DNA from: the human T2T-CHM13v2.0 reference genome, Homo sapiens
Length of the DNA stretch: 64,000 nucleotides
Reading direction: 5' to 3' (one strand)
NCBI RefSeq assembly: GCF_009914755.1
Contig: NC_060937.1
Below are positions 41,368 through 54,850 of this stretch, piece by piece (position 1 is the first letter of the stretch; each line of letters begins with the position of its first letter). Position numbers and translations under genes: made by a program. The notes beneath the pieces were generated by a model. It had not been told where the DNA came from. It saw only the letters and a program-made list of their open reading frames with translations, and did no database searches.

Positions 41368-41459
41368 GTTCATTTTTGATAATTAACTGAGTTACATTCA
41401 CGTTCACTTTGTGATAAGTAACTGAGTTACACTGTGTTCATTTTGTGATAATTAGCTGA
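41368..41459. repeat. 34-bp tandem repeat, about 2.7 copies, inside the L1 3' UTR
   Basis: Units begin gttca(t/c)ttt...tgataa(t/g)taactgagttaca at 41368, 41402 and 41436. Confidence 0.9.
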
Positions 41460-42178
41460 ATCAGACACATTATCTGTGTACTTTACTCAATATAAATTAT
41501 GCTTTATTAACAAAATTAACTTATTTATTTCCCCTGTGAATCTCCATACCCTAACCCTAACTAGGAACAAGTGGCCCTCCAGGATGCAGGATGAAAGGTG
41601 AGAGTCTCCTTGGTCTCCCCTTTGATATACATCCCTGAGATTTTATTAGTCATGTTCTGAATTCAGTTATTTTCAAGGAGCTGTTTGTGACAGCTTTAGA
41701 TAGTCATCCTCTTACGCTGTTATAAAAATCACTCAAGAGCTGCAACATTTTTACAATATCTTGAAAGCATCATCTTAAGGTTTATTTTCCTCAATTCACA
41801 GTGAGTTTCTCTATTTTGTGTTTCCAGCAACATATGTCTCCAATTTTATTTACAGCATATTTATGTCCATGACATTCCATCCTGATGAAAACACGATTTG
41901 CCACTGGGCATGTGAAACCTTCACTAAGAGCTGCATGCCATTAAGGAGTTCTGGATTTCCCTCTTATGACTGATGGGTTTGGCAGTGAAATCTATTTTGT
42001 GTCAGGGTTCCTGGTGCCCTGAAATAATCTGTAGCAAGGTTCTGTAAGGCAGATGTCAGCCAAGCCCCTCTGCTGGGTCCCCTTGGGGTTTGTGTCTTCA
42101 TGATCACTTCTATTCTGTACTTGGGTAAAACTCCTGATCTCTCTTAGGTCTCAGCTCATAGAACTGTTCCCATTTCTC

Positions 42179-43245
42179 TGTGGTAGGCAGAATTGTTGTT
42201 TTTTTTTTTTAAATATACTTTGAGTTCTGGGATACATTTAGGTTTGTTACATAGGTATACACATGCCATCGGTGATTTGCTGCACCCACCAACCTGTCAT
42301 CTACATTTAGGTATTTCTCCAAATGCTATTTCTTCCCTAGCCCCCCACCCCACGACAGGCCCCAGTGTGTGATGTTCCCCTCCCTGTGTCCATGTGTTCT
42401 CATTGTTCAACTCCCACTTACGAGTTAGAACATGCAGTGTTTGGTTTTCTGTTTCTGTGTTAGTTTGCTGAGAATTTGTTTCCAGCTTCATCTATGTCCC
42501 CGCAAAGGACATAAACTCATCCTTTTTTTATGGCTGCATAGTACTCCATGGTGTATATGTGTCACATTTTCTTTATCCAGTCTATCATTGATGGGCATTT
42601 GGGTTGGTTCCAATTTTTAAATGGCACCTTAACCTTTGTCTCTGATGTTACTCCTGTGGTTCTCTTACATTACATGGTAAAAGGGATGTTGCAGATGTAA
42701 TTAAGTTAGTTGACTTTGAGATAATGACAAGGGATATTACCTGGGTGGTTCTGGCCTAATTATATGAGCCCTTTAAGGCAGTGTTTTATCCAAAAGATAG
42801 CAGGAAAGAGATTTAAAGCCTGAGAAGGTTTCAATGAGCCATTGCTGGCTTTGGAGATGGAGCAGACCATGTGCAAGGACTGGAAAGTGGCCTCTAATTG
42901 CGAGAGTAACCCCTGGCTGAGAGCCCGCAAGCAGAGAAGGCCTTTGTCCTACAATTGCAAGAATCTGAATTCTGTCAGCAATCTGAGAGAGCTTGGAAGC
43001 AGATTCTTCTCCAGAGCCTTCAGATTAGAAAGCTTCCCAGCTGACAACTTGATTCTGACCTTGGGAGATGCTAAACAGAGAACTCCATCAAACTTGCCTG
43101 GACTTCTGACATACAAACTGTGAACTAATAAATGAGTGTTTATCATTCAAGTTAATCTTAACTGGAATGGTGAGCTAATAAGATGATGCTGTTTTAAGCC
43201 GCTAAATATGCCATAATTTGTTATGGGGTGACAGAAAACAAACAT
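42179..43245 (+). mobile_element. ERVL-MaLR LTR, MLT1E-like, interrupted near its 5' end by L1PA
   Basis: TGTGGTAGGCAGAATT start, resuming after 42612: ttgcagatgtaattaag, attgctggctttggagatgg, ggaagcagattcttctccagagcct, tgttttaagccgctaaat. Confidence 0.85.
42195..42612 (-). mobile_element. 5'-truncated L1PA (PA7/PA8-like) 3' end
   Basis: T-tail, then tatactttgagttctgggatac...tgatgttcccctccctgtgtccatgtgttctcattgttcaactcccactta. Confidence 0.93.
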
Positions 43246-43544
43246 GCACCCCACTCCCACACCCAACCCAGGATGTGGAATTCAGTACATTTTTCCTTGA
43301 TTTCCAGAATACAACAAACGAATATGCAAGGCATTTGTGCTTGTTACAGGCTTTAAATAAAGATTTTAAAAAGTAATCACTAGAGATACATTGCAGATTC
43401 TTGCAAGAGTTAACCAACATTTTAGTTAAGATTCTCTGTTCTTTCAAAGCCACTTGACCATTTCTACCAAATCTAGAATCATCCTAAATTCAGAAATTCC
43501 TTCTCTAATTATTTCCTAGGACCATATTCATCAGCCCCACATTG

Positions 43545-43790
43545 GTACCTTTATTGAGAGCTAACTAAATAGCACTCTTCTCATTACATGCTCAGTTTTT
43601 CATGCATTCTCTGATTTAATCCTTATGACAACCCTGGGAAGTAGTGATTATTATGCTTAGTGTAAAGATGAGAAACCTGAGGTCCAAGATATTTATCAAT
43701 TTTATTCGAGGTCACATAGTTTAATAAAATCCAGAAGCAGGATTAGAAGTCAGTCACTCCAATGTTAAGCACTTTATTCTTAACTGTCAT
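43545..43790 (-). mobile_element. MIR SINE
   Basis: tttattgagag...tttaatccttatgacaaccctgggaagtag...agatgagaaacctgagg...aggtcacatag. Confidence 0.8.
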
Positions 43791-44308
43791 ACTTTGATGA
43801 CTCTCAGTTTAGCGGTGCTAATAACTACCCAGTGAGTGTCATGATATCTTTTCTCTAAACTCCTTAGAAAAAATTGCAGTTGATAGATAGATTACTCTTG
43901 AGTATTGTGGTCACCATTAGGGACAAATTGTAAACAGTGGTGTTGTAGGTATCAGAGAGAGATTCTGACCCATTAAACTGCTCCCTCTTCATGGCACATA
44001 GACCCTCCTTTGTCACCTCAGTGGTACAGACACCCAAGGGCATCTTCATGAGATGTGATTGACCTGAATTGGATGGCCGAGTAAAGCTTTGGATTTGGGA
44101 ATGAACTATTTGGGCTCACTTGCAGGGGTGAGGGGGGTAAGGGTGACGAGTCAGAGGAAGGAAGGCTGTTTACCGAGAAAGTCACTTCAGGGAACGCACT
44201 GTCCTTCCACAACCGACCACTCATTATATTAACTTGGAAGAGGGATTATCCGAGTTTAACGTCTGAAATAAGAAACAGTCCTTAATGTAAGGTTTATAAA
44301 ATACTTAT

Positions 44309-44603
44309 ATTTAATTTTTGTAAGACACTGTCTCACCTTGTCACCTAGGCTGAAGTGCAGTGTTGCGATCTTGGCCCACTGCAGTCTCAACCTCCCAGGC
44401 TCAAGTGAGCCTCCTGCTTCAGCCTCCTGAGTAGCTGGGACTACAGGCATGCACTACCACGATTTGCTAGTTTTTACATTTTTTGTAGAGATGGGGTCTC
44501 GCTATGTCACCCAGGCTGGTTTCAAAATCCTGGGCGCAAGAGAGCTTTTTGCCTCTGCCTCCCAAAGTGCTAGGATTGTAGGTGTGAGTCACCATGCCCA
44601 GCC
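44309..44603 (-). mobile_element. AluJ-type
   Basis: J diagnostics (ctcaacctcccaggctcaagtga, ggggtctcgctatgt, cctgggc); TSD tataaaa(t/g)actt at 44295-44306 and 44604-44615. Confidence 0.93.
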
Positions 44604-46629
44604 TATAAAAGACTTTAAGGTTTGTGGAGATGAAAGGTTGTTTGTATACACATACACTTAAATATATACACATACATTAATTTTAAAACTATAATAAATT
44701 AAAGCCTTACCTTTTAAATGGGAACTATGAAATAATTAAAAGTAAATTTATTGTAAAATGAGATAATTAACAGAGCATCTCCATTTTTGGTCTATTTTGT
44801 TACTGGGGAAAAAATATTAGAAATCATTATAAAGCCTGAAGTAAACTATTTCTAAATGGAAGATAGTAATTTTACCTACAAATTAACACTAATATTAACT
44901 TATTTCTCTAACACAAAATATCAATTAGAGTTCTGATCTTGGTGGTACATTTCTAGAATACTGAAGAGAAGAATGTTGTAGAATGTACTCATTTGTAGCA
45001 ATTTTCTACTATTTAATACAACCTGGCAGTAAATGTTTTATCGATTTGTTCCTAATGAATACTTAAGTGCATGTCTGAGCCAGAATTTAAATATTGTGGC
45101 TGTTGAATGGCAGAAAGCCAAAAAATCCCAAAGAGCTGTATTACAAAATTGTTAACTGGCCTTTTATTATTAGGTTTCTAATAAAAATTCAAGAAGTTTA
45201 TCACCTGGATCCAAATATCAACTGTCCTCAAGTTCCACTAAATTTAGGATGAGTGAAACATAAAGTTTTGAAACATTCAACAGGACTCTTGAAAGATTTC
45301 TGTAACATTCGCTGAATGACTACCCTTATTTGTCCAAAGAACATTTAATGCTCTAGAGAGAGTATATTCCACCAAATGGTACACATCCATATAAAAAACG
45401 TTCTTCATTACAAAATGAGCAGTTTCTTGTAAGAAGCAGTTTGTTATTGTTTCTGCACTAGAACACATTATTTATTGACCTCCATATATTCCATAATAAA
45501 AGGAATATTTCACTTTAAAAAATACCTGAACCTGATATAAATTCTTATTTCCTCTAAATAGTAACTTAGAACAGTTTTTCCTTGCCTACACAGTGAATTT
45601 GTTTATGGAAAAGGATAGTTAAAGACTGAATTCCTTTAATGCCCAAGTATAATGAATATTTGTTTTCATGGGGAAAATGTTTTTGCATTTTGAAACCCAA
45701 AATCCATACCCATTGTTGCTAATGCAACACTAATTATCATTCAAATGAAAACAACTACTTCAGTGGTTAAGTTATTATAACAAAAAAAATGGCAGTCTCT
45801 CTTGATCAATGAGATTTAGTTAATTTAATTTAATTAATTTGACTTACTATAGCTGTTTATCTGCTCTGGTTTAGCCCTTTGGGAGCCACTGTGCGACCTA
45901 TACTTAACCTAAACTTATCAATAAATTGCACATGTAATAGTCTCTACATTTATATATTAAGAGTGATAGTTCAGCATTCCCCAACTAGAACAGTAAGGAC
46001 AAAAATAGATCAATAAACAATAGAAGTGGTGTCAGACCCAAAGAACAAATTGGCATCAAGGGGATCTGATACAATAATTCATTGTGACTATAAATTAGCA
46101 AAACACTAGGAAACTGAGAATTTAAAACATTTACCAACTCCAGATGTGTGAAGATGTCCAGGCTCTCGTTTTGAGCTACTCACCTCTGTGTGAGGTGAGG
46201 GAATCCTAAAGACCTCTCACCCTAATTCCCATAGCCCAAAACGTATACCATATGGCTATACTCAGCAAGGGTTCATTTAGCTTTAAAAAGTTACTTAAGA
46301 TATACTGTGAGTTAATGTCACTACTTTCCAATTTAAGAAATCAGTGCATTGTTTCCCTTTCATCTTAAAATCCTCTGGAATATTTCTATGAATGATATCA
46401 CTTAAATAAGCAATGTTAAGAGGACATATTATTAGCAATTTGTGTTTTCTTTTCTAAATTATAATCAGCATATGTAATCTGGGGAATGGTGGTGGGAAAA
46501 TGTCAGTGTCTATTTGTATGTATAAATTTCAATTCAAAATAATAATCATATCTCCAACTCTTTTTCAGTTACTTCACTCTTTCCAAACAAACTTAAATTT
46601 TTTTTCCATTTGCTATTTTTATCTCTCTT

Positions 46630-46888
46630 TCTTTCCCCCATCTACTCCAATATGAATTTTGCCCCTATCACTGCATCAAAAATCTTGTTAAAATGACTAG
46701 TGACATTTATATCACTCACTGCTCCCTACTTGCTTGACTTCTAGCAATTTTCCCTCCATTTGAGCCTTCCCATCTGAAATCTTCACATCCTTTCTCTTCC
46801 AGAATACTACATTCTTCTGCTTGTCCTCTTGCCGTTATCTGCTCCTTCATAGTCTCCTTAGCTGACACATCCTTCTCTATCCAAACTT

Positions 46889-46934
<46 letters not shown>

Positions 46935-46943
46935 CATATAGGC

Positions 46944-46975
<32 letters not shown>

Positions 46976-47480
46976 GGCTGTGTGTGTATATATATAGGCT
47001 GTGTGTATATATATATACATGCACTAAATATATATATATATAAAACTAAATATATGTATATATACACACACCAAATATATATGTATACACACACATACAC
47101 AGACTAAATACACACACACATACACAAACACACACACACAGCCCACACTCCCCTCCTGAGGACCCAATAAGTTCGATCAAGTCCACAGGTAGATATCTTT
47201 CAAATCAATTTCTTTCCCTCCCCACCTCTATCATGTTGGTAGAAGTTAATGCATCCTCCTGCCTGGGCCACCTGAGCTTTTCACAGTCCCTCCACATCTT
47301 TTACTTCCCTCTAATATATTTTTCACAATAGTACTAGATGGAACTTTAAAATGTCAAATCTGATGATGTACCTCCCATTCTTAAACTCTTTCAGTGACGT
47401 CCCAATATCCTTAAGAATCTGAAAATCTTCAACATGATACATGAGATATTCCATGATATGGTGGTCTCTACTTTCATTTT
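46630..47480 (+). mobile_element. LINE L2 fragments flanking a compound microsatellite
   Basis: tactccaatatgaattttgcccctatcactgc; ctttaaaatgtcaaatctgatgatgt...cttaaactctttcagtga. Confidence 0.6.
46889..47140. repeat. Compound (TG)n/(TA)n/(CA)n microsatellite
   Basis: (TG)18 at 46895-46930, three tataggctgtgtgt sub-units, then TA- and CA-rich runs. Confidence 0.95.
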
Positions 47481-47765
47481 TGGTTTGTCTCGTGCACTTG
47501 TTTTTTAATATACATGATTAAAATAATAAAAGCAAAGTGCATACAAAAGAGTGTTTTCAGACAGAAAGACCGTCATGTGTAAAATCCTTGTGGTGAGAGA
47601 ATAATTACATATGAGGAACTAAAGGTTAAGTATCAGCTAGGCTTGGGGAATACTTAATATTTGAACCTAGAACATGTTAAGGCTAGTGGATTCATGAAGT
47701 TGGCAAGCCACCAAGTATTGGATTCATGGGAAATTACAAGCTAGGTGTATGCAAAATATATGCAG

Positions 47766-48269
47766 TGTAAGGGTTAATTTTGTCTGTCAACTTGACTTGG
47801 CTATGGGGCCGTGGGGCATCCAGCCATGGCTAAACATTGTTCTGGGTGTGTCTGTGAGGGTATTTCTGAATGAGATTAACATTCGAATTAGTATACTGAG
47901 TAAAGCAGATTGCCTTCCCTAATGTAAGTGGCCTTTATGCAATCAATTGAAGAACTAAATAGAAAAAAAAAAGAAGGCTGAATAACAGGGAACTCCTCCT
48001 GCCTGACTGTCTGAGCTGGGAAATTTTTTTTCTTCATGCCTTCAAATTTAAACTAAAACTTTGGCTCTACTTGGGTGTCAGGCTTCCAGGGTGGAACTTA
48101 TACCACTGGCTTTCCGGGTTCTCTGGCCTTTATATATGGACTGGAACTATATTATTGGCTTTCCTTGGTCTACCAACTACAGATCTTTTCAGCATCTATA
48201 ATCACATGAGCCAAATCCTTACACACACACATATTTTGCTCTGTTCCTTTTGAGAGCTCTTACTAAATA
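47766..48269 (+). mobile_element. ERVL LTR, MLT2 family (MLT2B-D-like)
   Basis: TGTAAGGGTTAATTTTGTCTGTCAACTTGACT; ctgggtgtgtctgtgagggtatttctgaatgagattaacatt; gagtaaagcagattgccttccctaatgt. Confidence 0.88.
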
Positions 48270-49683
48270 GATTTTGGTACTGTAAATTAGGATGCTGCTG
48301 CAATATATACCTAAACATGTGGGGGTGTCTTTGGAACTGGATAATAAGTAAAGGCTAAAGAGTTTGAGATGCATCCAAGAAATATGGATATCAAGAATGA
48401 TTATGACAAGGTCTCAGATAGAAATGAGACACATGTTGAAAATTGGAGACAAGATAATCCAGTGATAAAGTAGCACATAACTTAGCCAAATGGTGTTGGA
48501 GTGTTTTGTGCAAGTGATAAAATTGGATGAAATTGATGAAATTAGTAGAGGAGATTTCTAAACAAAGTATTGAAGGAGGAACTTGGTTCCTCCTGATTAC
48601 TTATAGGAAAATACAAAAAGGAGAAAGATGAATTAAAGAAGGGATTATCAAAAATAATCAGAATTTGAAGGACTGAAAAATAAGAATTGGTTACAAATAA
48701 TAAATCAGCCATTACTATTTTTTTTACTGCCAATTTATTAGAAGCCTATCCATATTGCAAACAATGAGAAAGTTTGTTTTGAAAAGAATACTCAGGGTGT
48801 GGCTGAACAACCATTTCATAAAGAGATCCAGAGTGCTATTCATGGACTTAACTTAAGAATCCAGGGATACAGAGGGGATTATGCCAGCAAAATACTGCCA
48901 GTTTGGACTAAAGAGAACAGAGAAGGAAGGATGAATGAAGGAACACTGTCAGACTATTTGGATTCTACAGGACCAGATGATAGAGCTATGCAAGAAATCG
49001 AAGACTGACCCTGAAGGCAAGTCAGAGATCATCAGAGCTACCAAGCCCACCACAGACCCAGAGGACAAAGCTATTTCCTGCTCTGTTTTAATAGGTAGAG
49101 TCATCAATCTGGTTTTAGCAGGCTAGGAAAATGCTGCTAGTGCCTCAGAGATTGGTATGCCCTCATGGAGGGCTGTGTAGGCAGGCCTTTCTTAGGGAGG
49201 AGGTGGGACCTTGCAGACAGCTGTGTGGGTGGGACCCTCATAGACAGCCAAGGGGATGCTTCTATCCTGTAGAGCAATGGGGATGAGGTTGCTACCTTAG
49301 TGTGCCTGAAGGGCAGATCACTGAACCACAGAGGATTATTTCAAAGCCTTAAGATGTAATGGAATTTACTTTGCTAGGTTTTGGACTTGCTTGGGACCCA
49401 TCACCCTTCCTTCCTTCTTAATTCTCCTTTTTTGGAATGAGAGTGGCTATCCTATCTATGCCTGTCACACCTGGTTACACAGGTTCACAGCTAGAGAGGA
49501 ATTTTGCATCAGATGAATCAAACCTCTAGCCTCTTCCATGTCTGATTTAGAAAATATTTAGATGAGACTTTAGACATCAGCGTTGATGATGGAATGATGG
49601 AATGGGTTAAAACTTGGGGGACTGTTGGGATGGAATTAATGTATTTTGCCATCATGAGGACATAAGTTTTGGGTAGTCAGGGA
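48270..49683 (+). mobile_element. ERVL-MaLR internal region (MLT1A-int-like)
   Basis: GATTTTGGTAC...gatgctgctgcaatatatacctaaacatgtgggggtgtctttggaactgg; gtctcagatagaaatgag; ttgctaggttttggacttgcttggga; gatgagactttagac; ttaaaacttgggggactgttggga; length about 1.4 kb. Confidence 0.85.
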
Positions 49684-50083
49684 TGCTCCCCTTCCCCCTA
49701 CCAAATTCCTATGTTGAAACCTTAACCTCCGACGTGACTACATCTGGAGATACAGATAAAGACAAGTATTTAGAAAATAATTAAGGTTAAATGAGATCAT
49801 AAGGGGAAAGCCCTAATCAATAGAACTGTGACTTTAGAAGAAGAGAAAAACAGCTCTCTCCCTCTTTCTCTCTCTCCGCCTCCCTCCCTCCTTCCCTCCC
49901 CTTTCCCTCTTTCTTTGCAGTAAAAGGTGGCTATTTATAAGCCAGAAAAAGAGCTTACACCGGAACCTGACTATGCTAGCACCCTGATCTCAGACTTCCA
50001 GATTCCAGAACTCTGAAATAAATAATTTCTGTTAAGTTACCGTTTATGGTATTTTGTTTTGGCAGCCTGAGAAGACCAAGACA
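49684..50083 (+). mobile_element. ERVL-MaLR 3' LTR, MLT1A0-like
   Basis: caaattcctatgttgaaaccttaacc; taattaaggttaaatgagatcataaggg; gcaccctgatctcagacttccag; ends tatggtattttgttttggcagcctgagaagaccAAGACA. Confidence 0.88.
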
Positions 50084-51404
50084 TGAAGGAAATAGAGGAT
50101 CAATAGTATGGCCATGGCACTTACATGGAAGAATCTGGAAGTTCTTGCTAGAATTGTTTTGTCCTTTATTGGTTATAAATAATAAGTTACTATTTTTTAT
50201 TTCTTATAATGCGTTTTTATTTTGCAATAAATTATTTCAGCAGCAATGGGAGTGCATATTTAATGAAAAATTAAATACTGAATTTTCACCTCTCAAGATA
50301 GTTGATGATGAATGTGTAACTTGCAAACACTGTTGACATTTACTATTCACTATGATGGATGGTACACAAGCAACTACAGAAGGTGTCTTTATATATCAAT
50401 CCATGAAACACATCTTTTTATCTAGATCAAGTTACCTGTTATTTTAAATTAGCAGTGTTTATGTCGATTCCAAGTTTTCTTTAACATATTTGAAACCTAA
50501 AGTGATGGTAGTTAATGTGGTGGCTTTATGAGAAAAAAAAATCACAGACAGTTAAATGATGTCAGGATAACATTAGGGTCATTAAATGCTTCAGGTAGAA
50601 AATAAGTGAATTCCAATAATAGATTTTCTTTTCATACAATTCATGAAATCAAAGAGAAGCTTTAAGAAGTTCATTCTGCTGAAAGTGAAACATATTATCT
50701 CATTGTGAATGTTATTGTAAACTTGATTAAGTTAAAAATTGAGCAAAAAGTTATTTGTTTTGTGGTGATAATAGGAACAAAATACGTGTGTGGTAGAGCA
50801 TAGCATGTTGATAAAGACAATATTCTTAGTAAATTAAGGAACTTATGGTGCAGAAATTTTCCTCTGTCTTCTGTGGTGTACACATAAGTAATAATTACGT
50901 TCAAACAAATAGCAATATCTAGTAATCAAAATAGAACCTGTAGATGTCAGATTTTACAATATCGTTATATATACACACAAACAATCTAACTGAATGATAA
51001 AATTGTGTTGATGGAGCAGATGTTGAGTTAAACAGAAAAAGCTCCACCAGAGCTGTATATACTTTCCCATGTTGCTGCTTGCCATTCTTTGGATTTTAGA
51101 AACGTTTTCACCTTTGATTAATTACTTTAAGTCAACCTGTGTCCTACAATAGTAATGAATCTTTTTGTAAATTAAATCAGCCTTCAAATTTTGGTTGCAT
51201 TTGTTTAAAATCAGTTGAATATTTTTAATTGAAGTGTTTAACCAAGGATATGCCCAAAATTTCAGTTTTGAAGCTTTTAAAAATTGCAGTGATGATTACA
51301 ACCAAATCTTACAACCAGAAAGATATCAATATTTATCTTCACAAAAACAAGAAAGGAATTGAACAAATTAAATAATGAGAATTCTGCTGGTATACAAGAT
51401 TTAA

Positions 51405-51612
51405 CTTTTTTTTCCAGGTATAATATACATACAGTAAAGTGTGTAAAATGACCATAAGGGTATAGTTGGATATATTTTTATTGTTTGATGATTATGTTAT
51501 AGCTTGATTTTTATGTATGCATATATATACACACATTAATACCTATGTAATTATTATCTTGATCAAAATACAGAATATTATAATACCCCATAGGCTTCCC
51601 TCATACTTCTTT
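51405..51612 (-). mobile_element. Old L1 (L1ME-like) 3' end fragment
   Basis: ggtataatatacatacagtaaagtg...gatcaaaatacagaatatt...ggcttccctcat. Confidence 0.6.
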
Positions 51613-52307
51613 GCAAAATTTCATTTCAAAACTAAATATTTCACTTTTGAAATATCTCAAGGTACTTTTGATGGAGCCATTTTTAATTGTATAAATTTAT
51701 ATTCCATCCCAGAATACAATGTAATTGATAAGACTCATGATTTTGAGCATCTAAATTTGGATAAGCATTAAAAATTCACAAATTAATGAAACTTACTTGA
51801 TGTCTTTTGCCTCATGGAAAATATTATCAAGAAAGCTACTCAAAAGGAGGCAAAAAGATGGTACCAAATTGTTGGGGCTGAAATATTTACATTATTTAAT
51901 ACAAAACATTACAAATAAGCCTATCCATTATTTAGCAGAATCACCTCTGACTTTACCAGGTACCTCAGAAACAACAGAGAGAATTTCTGAATTTAAAATA
52001 TCATTATGCTTTACAGAGATAGTTCAGTTGACGGTATTAATCAGCAACAAAATACAACTTTTTAAGGATTACCAGCAATTTTGTGAAAATAATTAAGAAT
52101 AATAGATCATAGTAAAAATATATTCCTTAGAAAAATACTAATGTTGTGGTATTAGATACAATTATAGCTAAGAAATTGATTAAAATATACAAATATATAT
52201 CAAGTATTTAATTGCTTATGTTACTTTTAATATTCATATGATTAATTTAAAGATTTCAAATTTTGCTTTAAGGTACCAAGTTATATATTTCCATTGTTTG
52301 GAAAACA

Positions 52308-53088
<781 letters not shown>

Positions 53089-53591
53089 GTAATAATTGTT
53101 AAAATCTATTACGGCATAACAGGTAACTCTAAAACTTGGTGACTTAAAACAATAAACAGGTATTGTATGTAGTTACTGTATGTTAAAAATTTGGAAGCAG
53201 TTTGTCTGAGTCTCTCTTGAGATCCCAGCCAAGGTACTGATAGAGCCGCAATCATCTGAAGGCTTGTCTGCGGCTGGAGGATCCACTTCCAAAGTGGCTC
53301 ATTCACATGATTGGCAGGTTGGTGCTGGTGGCTGGCAGAAGGCCACAGTTCCTCCCCACACAGGCCTCTTCTCAGACTGATTGAGTTGGCCACTGGCTTC
53401 CTTCAGAGTGAACAATCCAAGAGAGCAATACAGAAGTGGCAATGCCTTTTATTATCTACTTGAAAATCTCACACTGCCACTTCTGCCATGTTCTGTAATC
53501 CTGACAACCAACCCTGATTCAATGTGGGGAGGGACTTCACAGAATGTGGATACCAGGAAGACTGAAGGCTAGCTCAAAGGCAGCCTACCAC
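53089..53591 (-). mobile_element. ERVL-MaLR LTR, MLT1F-like
   Basis: aaaacttggtgacttaaaacaa; catctgaaggcttg...ggctggaggatccacttccaa; gtggataccaggaag; ends cctaccac. Confidence 0.85.
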
Positions 53592-53625
53592 CCATGTTAT
53601 GTCTCTTTTTGTCCATTTTAAATAA

Positions 53626-53987
<362 letters not shown>

Positions 53988-54039
53988 AGATTTATTTTTT
54001 AAAACCAGTGTGTTAGAGAACTATTTTATAAATCCATCT

Positions 54040-54144
54040 GTATAAAAAAGTAAAATTATCAGTAATGTAAGTTAATTATGTTTAGTACCACTGTTTGCCC
54101 TCAAATGGGTCTCTATTTGGACAATAACTTGTGTGGTTACCCTA
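54040..54144 (-). mobile_element. hAT-Blackjack (BLACKJACK/MER94-like) terminal fragment
   Basis: Reverse complement reads TAGGGTAACCAcacaagttattgtccaaatagagac, matching the family TIR and start. Confidence 0.6.
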
Positions 54145-54465
54145 GTCTTAGCTTAAAAAGCATTTCTTTCTAGAGTTCTTTTTGAACACACTGCAGAATC
54201 AATTTCATCTTTTACACTCTTCCCTTATATTTTGAACTTTTTCTTACATGACACCTATTTAACACTCTCTTCCCATGTAAAATGCAACTTCCACAAAGGC
54301 AATAACTATGTTTAAAATAAAAAATTGGATGAAAGACTATTCTAATTACCAAGACTGTTTTAATGTTTGATCATTATATTTAGCCATAGCTATATTCCAG
54401 GGATATGTTAATTATATAACATCAAAATATTTAACCAGTTAAAATGCCAGCTAAAACCCCTTTCT

Positions 54466-54850
54466 GTATTCATTCATGCACTCAACACGTGTTAACTGAG
54501 CACCTCTGCTGTGTGCCAGCTCTTCTAAAGGCTGGGGATTTTGTGCTTGTAGGAATATGTATAAGGTTCTTTCTCTCCCATGAAGCTTCTATTCAGAGGG
54601 AGGAAGACTAAAAAGGAGACAAATAAGCTAATACATCAAAAAATAATTCCAGATAGGGATGAGTGCTACATACAATAAAAGATCATGTGATAGATTGTTA
54701 CTGAGAACAATGGAAAGGAAAGACTGCTTTAGACAAGGGATTATAGATAACTGCTCTGAGGAGGTGGCATTTGAATTGGTATTGGGACAACAAGGAGCCA
54801 TCTATTCCAAGAACAGCAAGCTCTTCTTACAGGAAGGGATTTTTGCATGA
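54466..54850 (-). mobile_element. LINE L2 (L2a-like) 3' fragment
   Basis: attcattcatgcactcaacacgtgttaactgagcacctctgctgtgtgccag; ctctgaggaggtggcatttgaatt. Confidence 0.75.

Noticed and set aside
41368-41459. CRISPR-like array
   Set aside because: Tandem units without unique spacers, in primate L1 sequence, with no cas genes.
41549-41560. (CCCTAA)2 telomere-like repeat
   Set aside because: Only two units; too short for an interstitial telomeric sequence.
44030-44260. Promoter or CpG island
   Set aside because: Only mildly GC-rich with a few CpGs; too short and sparse to call.
51957-51986. Minus-strand 30-nt microexon-like segment (cag|AAATTCTCTCTGTTGTTTCTGAGGTACCTG|gtaaag)
   Set aside because: Weak splice signals, unrecognised peptide and no supported partner exons.
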